Source: a bacterium
GTDB taxonomy: Bacteria > Hinthialibacterota > Hinthialibacteria > Hinthialibacterales > Hinthialibacteraceae
NCBI GenBank assembly: GCA_963663405.2
Contig: CAXXSM010000017.1
Span: forward strand, 1-54,380
Length of the DNA: 54,380 nt
Reading direction: 5' to 3'
Below are positions 1 to 9,031 of the stretch, piece by piece. The translations under genes were made by a program, and so were the position numbers. Below the pieces are notes generated by a model. That model made no database searches. It saw nothing but the letters and a program-made list of their open reading frames with translations, and had not been told where the DNA came from. How positions within the stretch are numbered: the first letter of the stretch is position 1; every line of letters begins with the position of its first letter.

Positions 1-1
1 A

Positions 2-2435
2 GTGGATCGAATCGAGGACATCATGGAATCGGATTTAGCCGCTGTGGACCGATTGCCGGAAGACAGCGCCAATCCCCTCGATATAGTCCAAAGCCTGAAT
101 GCCAGCCGCAAGATCAACGTCCTTGGACTGCATGGCGATCACTCTGCGATTTTCCGCAGCGGTGGTGGATCTCCTTTGCAAGCGGACGATCTTTCCCAAT
201 TGGTTGACAAAGAGAATGTGCGTGGCTCCGTTGTGTTCAACTTAGGAAGTCACGGCGGTCTAAACTTGGAAGGGGAAGCGGGAGATCTTGTCGAGACGTT
301 CACGTCCAAAGGCGTAGGCGCGTATATCGGCTCCTCCGCGTATGCGGGATCAAGCCGGTCGAGCGTTGGTTTTACGGAAGATCTTGCGTCGCGCTTCATG
401 CACTCCCTTATGGCGGGAAAAGAAGCCTCAACCATCGGTGAAGCGCTGCGGAACGCGAAACGCGGTTACATGATCAATGAATACAACGGCGTAAAGGATT
501 CCAGTTTGACGGACGAGGAATTAACCCAAAATACCGGCGAAGATGAGAAAACCGTTTCGGGAATGAATCTATACGGTCTGCCGATGTATACCGTCACATC
601 AAGCCGCGCCGCCCCCGCGCCCAATTTGGCTTTGGGTATTAAAGAAGGTGGGAATAAATCTTCTATCGGCGCCGATAAAACACAGATTCAATGGATTGAG
701 CCAAAGTATGAAAGCGCAGATTTGCTGCGCAGCCAACGTATCGAATTGATCGATGAGGCGTTTTTGGAAGAACATCAAACGGATGAAGGCGTCTATTATT
801 CATTTAATGGAATCACCCAAACGAATATCAATGAACCCGTCCAACCCCGCGCAGGATATATCACCGGCACGGAAAGTTTCTTCCCTAAAGGAGCCGTACT
901 GGAATCCGCGCGGTATCGGACTCTTTCCGCGTTTGATCCTGTCGTCGAGGGGGGGCAATGGGGCGCGGAAACTCTTTCCTATGAAGGCGAATTCACAAAA
1001 GAAGGTTTCTTCCCGGCGATCCCATTCTCCGTCAACACGATCGCGGCGCAAAATGGATTGCCGCCTCTGCAAAGTTTCGTCTTTGTCGCCGGACAATTTA
1101 ACCAAGAGAAAAACGAAGAGCGTTTGTATGAAGAGATTCGGTATAGCACATATTACACGGCTGTAGAAACAGAAACCGATCCACCAATCATTCAAGATCC
1201 GGAAATCGAATTAACTGGCTCCACCGCTGCGATTCGCGTGGAAGGAACCGACAAAGACGGTGATCCTTTGTATCGCGTATTGTTATTATGGACGGACGGC
1301 CAAGGGGAATGGAAGGGAGAAAACCTTACACAATCCAGCGGGAATCCTTCCGTATGGGAAGGAAATCTGGATAAAAAAGATGGCTTGGAATTTTTCATTC
1401 AAGCAGTGGATATGTTGGGGAATGTAACGTATGCGGATAACCAAGGACGATATTATCATCCCTTTGGTGAAACGGAGCCAGTTCCTGAATCGATTGATCT
1501 GACGCAATTAATGGACTTGCCTTTAACCGGTTTTAAGCCATTGCAGGCGATCGATTCCGGAACCGTGCCAACGGATAACGCTTATTCGGGCGCGACGGAT
1601 GGTGAGGGATTGATCCTATCGCTCAATCCCGGTGAAGGGCAATTCTTCATGTTGCAGAATCCTATCAATATCGAAGAGGGCCTTGTGGAAGTCTCCATCG
1701 CGGTTCGCGCCACCAGCCCCAATGTCCAATTCGCTTGGTCGCGTTCGCTTCCCCGATGGATGGAAGTTATGGCTATGTCAATCCAATCCAGCGCGAGATT
1801 CCACACAACCAATGGGGCTCCATGCGGCTTATTTATAATTCACCCACGCTTCAGATTATCCCCGCCCTGCAGGTGATTGTTCCAGCGGACGCGGCGCCGG
1901 GATTAGCGCAAGTGTATCTCGATACGTTAAGAGTAGAGCCGTTCCAAGGATTGCAATACACACCTGTGAGTTTGACTGTGGATGGAGGATTTGAGAATAT
2001 CGATGCCTCGCTCGCGGGACTCAACGCGAACGCGTTCCTCCCGCTGGATCAACGCCAGGAACGGTTTCACTCTCAGAAGGAAGAAACGGGCAGGGAATTC
2101 AACTGGGATTGCTTCCCGATCAATTGGCGGCTCACGTTGCTCTTTTCTCCATCGCCCCATCGATGCCCGCGATGGTCATTGGGCGGGTGTATGTGAAACG
2201 CATGACTGATGGAGGCGGAACGATCACCTTTGTCATCACGGACGGCGAGCAGAGTTTAGGGTATTTCCTGAATCCCATCCATCTGCCCATTAGTGAATTT
2301 GTCCCCATTCATCTGGGAGGTAACTTTACGATTCCGGGAAAAGCGGTTCCACCCATCGGGGTGATTCAGCTCGGAGGACCCGGTATCAACGCAAGTATTA
2401 TTGTTGATGAAATGGAATTGTATACTGTCGACTGA
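2..2435 (+). CDS. 5'-truncated large secreted-type protein with a C25 (gingipain/caspase-fold) peptidase-like domain and C-terminal beta-rich domains; two apparent frameshifts (~1735, ~2080)
   Basis: LGLHGDH...VVFNLGSHGGLN...GVGAYIGSS...TIGEALRNAKRGY...MNLYGLP matches the C25-like motif order. Acidic coding-like sequence of ORF 2..1876 degrades after about aa 577 and continues in ORFs 1735..2196 and 2109..2435. Confidence 0.55.
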
Positions 2436-2496
2436 AATATAACAACTTAGAAGACGTCTGGACGCCAAGGATTAGGATTTTCCGAAGAAGACCAGT

Positions 2497-3786
2497 CTAC
2501 GTCAATCCCCAGGGCGCGCGGTGTTCGCGGGAGAGAAGTTTGCTGGCTTCGGGATCGTTGCGAATCGTTTCTGTTTCCGGATCCCATTCAATCTTTCTTC
2601 CTACGCGATAGGAAATATTGGCGAGGAAGGTCGCCACACTCGGTGGATGGCCTAATTCAATGCTTGAATTGGGTTTCTTGCGGCTTTTCACGCAATCAAG
2701 GAAATTACGGATGTGCTTTACCGTTCCGTATTCGCCTTTCACACTTTGATCGGGAATTCGATTTTCTACACCGCGTAATTCAAAACCTTGCCGGTCGACA
2801 TAAAGTGAACCGTCTGGACTGTGAAATTCAACTCCGTGGTTGGAATGACCGAATTGACCGAGTGGCCTTGTCAATCCATTTCCATGACGCAGCATGTATG
2901 TCATAGTAAAACCGGGACAATCGAAAACAGCGCTAAAGACATCGGGCGTTTCACGGTTGTCTTCCATATGGAATTTTCCACCCGCCGCCGCGACACTCTT
3001 AGGGCCTTTCAAGTTCATCGCCCAATACACAATATCAAGCAAATGCACTCCCCACGAGGTGACGCATCCTCCCGCGTAATCCCAAAAGTACAATGCGTTG
3101 CTATGAAAATGATTCGGATTGAACGGCCGTTTCGGCGCGGGGCCAAGCCAGAAGTCGTAATCCACTCCCTCCGGTGGAACGCCGTCCGGTGGATTCCCTA
3201 GATCGCGGCCCGCGAAATTGTTCCAGACGCGAATCTCACAGACGTTTCCCAACTGACCGGATTGAACGATATCCACGGCTTTCTGCCAATGATGGCAGCT
3301 GCGCTGCTGTGTGCCCATCTGGACAATACGCTTGGTCTCACGGGCGGTGTTGACCATGGCGCGTCCTTCTTCCACATTGTGCGCGATCGGTTTTTCCACA
3401 TAGACGTCTTTGCCTGCCTTGCAGGCCTGAATCGTTGGAATGGCGTGCCAGTGATCCGGTGTCCCAATCATTACCGCGTCAATATCCTTCTGTTCCAACA
3501 TCCGGCGGAAATCCCGGTATCCCTTCGCTTTGCCTCCCGCCCGTTCGACGCCTTCCGCTGTATGAGCGTCATCCACATCACAAATCGCAGCGATGGAAAC
3601 ATCATCTTCCCTGCAAAATGTAGATAACAGCGTCGTCCCCCGTCCCCCAACGCCAATCGCTCCGATCACTACTCGATCGTTTGCGCCGAAAACAGTATTA
3701 GCGATTACAGGAAGGCTGGAAAGCGCAACGGCTCCAGCCGATGTTTGCCGTGTAAACGTTCTACGATTAATATTCTTTTTACTCAT
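2497..3786 (-). CDS. Gfo/Idh/MocA family oxidoreductase, Tat-exported
   Basis: NRRTF Tat signal, IGVGGRG Rossmann motif, TPDHWH, YVEKP, GVHLLD. Confidence 0.93.
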   Translation of the reverse strand: MSKKNINRRTFTRQTSAGAVALSSLPVIANTVFGANDRVVIGAIGVGGRGTTLLSTFCREDDVSIAAICDVDDAHTAEGVERAGGKAKGYRDFRRMLEQKDIDAVMIGTPDHWHAIPTIQACKAGKDVYVEKPIAHNVEEGRAMVNTARETKRIVQMGTQQRSCHHWQKAVDIVQSGQLGNVCEIRVWNNFAGRDLGNPPDGVPPEGVDYDFWLGPAPKRPFNPNHFHSNALYFWDYAGGCVTSWGVHLLDIVYWAMNLKGPKSVAAAGGKFHMEDNRETPDVFSAVFDCPGFTMTYMLRHGNGLTRPLGQFGHSNHGVEFHSPDGSLYVDRQGFELRGVENRIPDQSVKGEYGTVKHIRNFLDCVKSRKKPNSSIELGHPPSVATFLANISYRVGRKIEWDPETETIRNDPEASKLLSREHRAPWGLT

Positions 3787-3946
3787 GAGATTCCCCTTTT
3801 ATCAATAGACTTTGTTTTATGTTGATTTTCATAGCTTGTGTTCTTCCTTTTTGGCTCTTCCGGCAAGTGAGTACGTTTTTCAACAATCCATTCACTTTGT
3901 ATAGAAAATATTAAAACTTTCCGCTACTATTCAGGATTCTTTATTA

Positions 3947-4031
3947 TCTGAACCTTGATTTATTTGATTCGCTTGATTTTCTTGATTTTTAAATCAAGGT
4001 AATCTTATAATCCTTAGAATCATGGTTCAGA
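3947..4031. repeat. Compound palindromic intergenic element (TTGATT x4 facing AATC x4)
   Basis: TCTGAACCTTGATT (3947-3960) pairs with AATCATGGTTCAGA (4018-4031) with 1 mismatch; internal ~9-nt periodic sub-repeats. Confidence 0.7.
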
Positions 4032-4283
4032 CGATTATGTCATCCTATATAAAGATCGCAATTCTCCAAAAAGATTTTTGTACTCAATTACCGGATGAAC
4101 CTTCTTTTTTTTGATAATGACATCATTTATTTCTTTTCTCAAGCAGGAAGGATTGAATAAGAGTAATCAGGATATGTTTTAGAATCATTCAAGTTTTTAT
4201 AAATACGTAGATCATGATATATATTTTTTTTTAATCCCACACGAATGATTTGAAAATGGTGATCTATGTGGGAACTAAAGATT

Positions 4284-5753
4284 CTATTCTGCTTTGATTA
4301 ATAATCTCGGTGTTGGATTGTTTATCCAACCGGCCTTTCGTTGCCCTGAACCTTTTATCCCGGTGTCGCCAAGTTCATGACGGGCTTTCTCCGCAAAGGA
4401 CAGCAAACGCTTAACAATTGCGGGATACTGATCGGAAACATTCTTCTTTTCTTGTAAATCCTCATTCAGGTTGATTAACCGTAGAGGACGTTTTGAGTCG
4501 AGGCGTTTGCCGGATCTTGGTTTGTTGGTTAATTCAAGATGCAGTTTCCATGGTCCTGATCGAACCGCTTGTAGCTGGTCCATCATATAATAATAAAATG
4601 CTTCATATGGTGATTCCGCTCCCATATCCCCTGCCCAAAGCGGCCATGTATTATAACCGTCAATTTCCAGTTCTAGTGGGATTACGCCTCCCGCCAGATG
4701 GGTAAACGTTGGAAGAATATCCATCATCGTGCAGAGTTCGTCACAAGTTTGTTTCGCAGGAATTCTTCCAGGCCAGCGAATAATACAAGGTACCCGCATG
4801 CCGCCTTCACTGGTGGAATATCCTGTTCCGCCGAGTGGAGCGTTGCTCCCTCCGTATCCGAGAGGCGCGCCGTTATCGGATACGAACACAACTACAGTCC
4901 GTTCATCAAGATTCAATTCTCGAATCGCGTTTAGAATCTCACCCACCGACCAATCAATCTCAATAAGGCTATCTCCCCAGGACCCATTAGTGGATTTTCC
5001 TGCAAAACGGCTGGCGACTACGGGTTTTCGCATACTTCCCGGCAGGTGATGTGGGAAGTACAAGAAGAATGAGCGTGTCTGGTTTTCCTTCATAAACCGG
5101 ATCGCTTCTGCTACATAGCGTTCAGTCGTAGTAGTCAAGTCTACCGGGGCTTCAATCACTTCTTCATTCCGCAGCAAGGGCAATGGAGGCCAATTTCTGC
5201 CTGGCCGTGGATACATATCTTCACTATAAGGGATACCATAAAAACTGTCGAATCCTTGCCGAGTAGGAAGAAATTCGGGTTGGTCTCCCAAGTGCCATTT
5301 GCCAATGCACGTAGTGGCGTAATCCAATTTCTTGAGAATTTCCGCAATCGTGGTTTCGTTAGGATTTAATCCCTTCGCCGCTACTGGTTGTAGAACCCAA
5401 CCGTTTTTATCCGAGATATGCATATCGACACGTTGGGCGTAACAGCCAGTCATTAGACTGGCTCTGGATGGTGTGCATACTCCGCTGGAAGAATAAAAAT
5501 CAGTGAAGCGCATACCCTCATTCGCAATCCGATCGATTTGGGGAGTCCGGTTGATTGTAGAACCATAACAAGCTAAATCACCATATCCCATATTGTCAGT
5601 TAATATGATGACGAAGTTTGGACACTTACTCGTTGCAGATACGCTTGTGGCTCCATTCAATAGAACTGATCCCACTACGCCGTTTAGAAAGGTTCGGCGG
5701 TTCATCCATCTACGATCTTTATTTATCAATTGTTCGTTTTTAGTTTGCTTCAT
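4284..5753 (-). CDS. Formylglycine-dependent sulfatase (arylsulfatase A-like), Tat-exported
   Basis: NRRTFL signal, CTPSRASLMTG signature, GKWHLG, SDNG, EGGMRVP. Confidence 0.95.
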   Translation of the reverse strand: MKQTKNEQLINKDRRWMNRRTFLNGVVGSVLLNGATSVSATSKCPNFVIILTDNMGYGDLACYGSTINRTPQIDRIANEGMRFTDFYSSSGVCTPSRASLMTGCYAQRVDMHISDKNGWVLQPVAAKGLNPNETTIAEILKKLDYATTCIGKWHLGDQPEFLPTRQGFDSFYGIPYSEDMYPRPGRNWPPLPLLRNEEVIEAPVDLTTTTERYVAEAIRFMKENQTRSFFLYFPHHLPGSMRKPVVASRFAGKSTNGSWGDSLIEIDWSVGEILNAIRELNLDERTVVVFVSDNGAPLGYGGSNAPLGGTGYSTSEGGMRVPCIIRWPGRIPAKQTCDELCTMMDILPTFTHLAGGVIPLELEIDGYNTWPLWAGDMGAESPYEAFYYYMMDQLQAVRSGPWKLHLELTNKPRSGKRLDSKRPLRLINLNEDLQEKKNVSDQYPAIVKRLLSFAEKARHELGDTGIKGSGQRKAGWINNPTPRLLIKAE

Positions 5754-5841
5754 GGGGGATTCCTTATTGAAAATGAAAAACGAAGATCAATAAACGATTG
5801 CCGCTCATTATCTTCAAGAAATTCATACGATTTGCATTTAC

Positions 5842-6912
5842 CTACTTTTGCCTGTTGGCTTTTAATGGCGCCTGGGTGTTGATTGTAATCGTTCCATTGG
5901 CGCAAGGTTCACCAAAGAGCGGCGCGCCGTTCGCGTTCCAGCGCAACGGTTGGATGCGTGTGTGGCGATTGGGATCGTTCAGTGGATCCCCTGTTATCTC
6001 TTTGTAATCACGTCCATGATAAACTAACAAATCAATCGCGCCATCGGGTGATACTGTAAATGAATTGTGTCCGGGCCCATACACACCGTTCGCGCTTTTA
6101 AAGACCGGCGTTGAAGATTTGCTCCAGGATTCCGCCTTAAGAAGATCGCTGTCTTGAGACGCGGTTAAAAGTCCCATCGCGTAATTGAAATCGGTGGCGC
6201 TGGCCGAGTAAGAGATGAATATCCGCCCGTTCCGCTTGATCACCGCCGCTCCTTCATTGACTAAGAATCCTATTTTCTCCCAATCGTATTTTGGCCGTGT
6301 GATCATGACTTGCTTGCCTTGAATTGTCCAAGGATTGCTCATCGCGGCAATGTAAAGATTCGTATTGCCGCCGATGGCAGGATCGTGTTGAGCCCATACG
6401 AGATAACGAATCCCTTTGTGCTCGAATGATGTCGCATCCAGGGAGAATGATTCCCAATTGGTTTTGATTTGCCCTTTTTCGATCCAGGTTCCCTCCAGCG
6501 GATTGGCCGATTCATTTTCCAACGCGTAGATTCGAATCGCCCACACATCGCGAGCGCCGCCGGCGGCAAAGTAGATGTACCATTTGCCGTCAATAAAATG
6601 CAATTCCGGCGCCCAGATGTGCGAACCCATGATCCCGGTTGGATGTTTCTTCCAAATGACAGTCTCCGGCGCGGAAGGAAGCCCTTGAATGGTGGGAGAT
6701 CTTCGAAGAATCAACCGGTCATACTCCGGCGCAGTCGCCGTGAAATAGTAAAAACCATCTGTATGATAGTATATCCACGGATCGGCACGTTGTTTTATGA
6801 ATGGATTTGTGATTTGGATGGTTTCTGGTTTTGACGTTACGTTTCCATAACTGTTTTGAAGAATAAAAAACAAGCAGGTAATAACACATAAAATTATGAA
6901 GTGTTTTTTCAT
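5842..6912 (-). CDS. Glycoside hydrolase family 43 (alpha-L-arabinofuranosidase-like), secreted
   Basis: RADPW, IWAPELH, SLDAT, VNEG, GPGHNSF motifs. Start moved to MKKHFII (6912), which begins a signal peptide. Confidence 0.92.
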   Translation of the reverse strand: MKKHFIILCVITCLFFILQNSYGNVTSKPETIQITNPFIKQRADPWIYYHTDGFYYFTATAPEYDRLILRRSPTIQGLPSAPETVIWKKHPTGIMGSHIWAPELHFIDGKWYIYFAAGGARDVWAIRIYALENESANPLEGTWIEKGQIKTNWESFSLDATSFEHKGIRYLVWAQHDPAIGGNTNLYIAAMSNPWTIQGKQVMITRPKYDWEKIGFLVNEGAAVIKRNGRIFISYSASATDFNYAMGLLTASQDSDLLKAESWSKSSTPVFKSANGVYGPGHNSFTVSPDGAIDLLVYHGRDYKEITGDPLNDPNRHTRIQPLRWNANGAPLFGEPCANGTITINTQAPLKANRQK

Positions 6913-7134
6913 TTCGTAAAAATTATCATGAATCATATTGATCACCGCTATCATTTTTTTGATGATTCTATATAACCATTGCATTGCGAGCTGAGTCAAG
7001 TTGTTTGACTCTAGGTATTCATGACGCAGGCGCAATACATGACCTTCATCATAACGCTCAGATAGGAATTTTTCTCGTTTGAAATTCTTACTGCAATTTG
7101 ATTTTTTGTCTGTTGCGGTCTCGGTCGTGATAGT

Positions 7135-9027
7135 TTACATGTCGATGAAAGGCGATTGTACGCGGATCGTTTTTGAGGTGAGTTTGGCCAACATATCCCC
7201 TTTTCCAAGAAGATTTTCAGCCCCCGTTTCATCTAAGATGATTTTGCTTTCCGTGTGACTCGCCACGCGAAATGAGATTCGCCCGGGAAGATTCGATTTA
7301 ATCCGGCTGGATACCGTTTTCGCGTCTGGCCGTTGTAACGCTATCATTAAATGGATTCCAGCCGCTCGAGCCATAAATCCCAATCGTTCGATGCTGCTTT
7401 CAATGATTCCTTTAAAATCTTTATCCGCCATGTAATCAGCGTATTCATCGAAGATCATGATCCAACGTGGCAGCCGGTTTTCGAGATATGTAGCGTTCCA
7501 AGTTACGATATCAGTCACCTTGTTTTTCTTGAATGTTGAATACCGTTTGTCCATCTCTTCAACAAACGATTCCAACGCTTCGATCGCTTCTTCTTTTGTA
7601 CAGATGATAGGTTTTAGCAAGTGCTTGGAATTCTCAAAGGCATTGTACGTGACCTGTTTTGGATCGATAATCAGGAATTGGACATCACTTGGCGTATAGT
7701 TTGTTTGTAAGAAGAAAATGGCGGATTGGATAAAAACACTTTTTCCCGATCCCGTTGTTCCACCAATCAAGACGTGACAACTATTCGGATCGGCAAGATC
7801 GATCCATTGAGCCTGACCGAGAACATCCAGACCCAAAGGAAAGCAACATCGCTTGCTCAGGTTTTCAGCCGTGTCTTTAAATCTCGAATCCTCTAAACGT
7901 ATGATATCTGGATGAGCGCGTTCCACCTCAATTGCGACAAATCCTTGACTCGAAGATATCAGCGGTGGAGCTTTCAAGTTCATTTTAACGAAGAGATCTT
8001 CTCTGCGGTTTTTAATTTGATTGACCGTAGTTTTTCCTTGGGGTTCGATTTGGAGTTGGATAAACCGGGGGCCGATGACGAAATCCTTCGCTATAACGCT
8101 GAGACTGTAACCGCGCAACGCCTCAACGACGGATTGAATCAAGGCGTTCGCTTCCTTTTTGGGATCGCTCTGTTGTTCTATCTCGATGGTTTTCGTTTCG
8201 GTTTCTTGTGGTTGCTGATCGTCTTGAATTTCTGGAACGAGATTGAGATCGATGGGGCAGAATACGGCGAGCACTGCGGAGGGATCCAGCGGCTTGCCAC
8301 AATACGCAACAAGGAGTTCGTGATAGAGAATGCATTGGATGATCTGGGCAATGTAGTTTTTTTGCTGTCCTGATTTATATTCGTAAATCAACATCCGGTC
8401 TTGATGGTAATCGAATAGCAATGCGTCGATTTTACCCTTGACTTGAATTGTTTTTTGAGCTGATTTGATCGGTAATTCTATGCTCGCATGAGCGCTTAAT
8501 TCTGACGCTATAAAAAATCGTTTTGCATTGAACGGCGCGTCCGGAGGATAATGGCTTAGTATACTGCCTACATGTTTCGCCCATTCTTTTAACGCCATTC
8601 CGGCCAATAAATTCGACTGAGCCGTTTTCTCATCATTGCAATGTTTGACTGAAGGTAGAACGAAACGATCGTATAAAAATGGAAACAAAACACCTTCGAT
8701 CTCATCAGGCGAATGCCCTAATAACTTTTGATAAAAAGAAGAATCTTGTTTTCGCAATTGTTCGAACGAAGCGCTTAACAGCGCATGCAGCCGCTGTCCA
8801 AAATGTTTCGGCGGTTCGGGTATGTTTTTCCACCAGGGAGGAGGAGTGATCTGAGCTAAGTCGTATAAATAAGGCTCTGTTTTTTGAATCAGATTCGTGA
8901 CCGTGACTGTTTTCTCATATTTAAAAATGGCTCTCGGCAGACTCTCTGCGATTTTATGAAACACAGCCGGTTTCATCTTTTGAATCGTTTCGGCGGAAAA
9001 CTCGATGACGCGTAATTCGAATGACAT
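7135..9027 (-). CDS. PD-(D/E)XK nuclease fused to an FtsK/SpoIIIE-type DNA translocase motor (no TM segments, no gamma domain)
   Basis: Nuclease motifs KGKIDAL...IYEYKSG...QCILY; FtsK alpha region GPRFIQLQIEP; Walker A GTTGSGKS; IDPK; Walker B IFDEYAD; ARAAGIHLMIALQRP; GAENLLGKGDML. Confidence 0.88.
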   Translation of the reverse strand: MSFELRVIEFSAETIQKMKPAVFHKIAESLPRAIFKYEKTVTVTNLIQKTEPYLYDLAQITPPPWWKNIPEPPKHFGQRLHALLSASFEQLRKQDSSFYQKLLGHSPDEIEGVLFPFLYDRFVLPSVKHCNDEKTAQSNLLAGMALKEWAKHVGSILSHYPPDAPFNAKRFFIASELSAHASIELPIKSAQKTIQVKGKIDALLFDYHQDRMLIYEYKSGQQKNYIAQIIQCILYHELLVAYCGKPLDPSAVLAVFCPIDLNLVPEIQDDQQPQETETKTIEIEQQSDPKKEANALIQSVVEALRGYSLSVIAKDFVIGPRFIQLQIEPQGKTTVNQIKNRREDLFVKMNLKAPPLISSSQGFVAIEVERAHPDIIRLEDSRFKDTAENLSKRCCFPLGLDVLGQAQWIDLADPNSCHVLIGGTTGSGKSVFIQSAIFFLQTNYTPSDVQFLIIDPKQVTYNAFENSKHLLKPIICTKEEAIEALESFVEEMDKRYSTFKKNKVTDIVTWNATYLENRLPRWIMIFDEYADYMADKDFKGIIESSIERLGFMARAAGIHLMIALQRPDAKTVSSRIKSNLPGRISFRVASHTESKIILDETGAENLLGKGDMLAKLTSKTIRVQSPFIDM

Positions 9028-9031
9028 ATTA

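Noticed and set aside
5575-5610. Sulfatase metal-binding motif TDN instead of the usual xDD
   Set aside because: A single conservative change with CxPxR and the other motifs intact; not evidence of novelty.
6965-6990. Possible third, inverted copy of the 24664/39578 element (ATTCTATATAACCAT...ATTGCGA)
   Set aside because: Similarity is limited to about 20 AT-rich bases and the 12-bp inverted arms are missing.
7135-9027. Housekeeping cell-division ftsK or a conjugative coupling protein
   Set aside because: No TM domain, no gamma domain, a nuclease fusion, and no relaxase, T4SS or integrase nearby.
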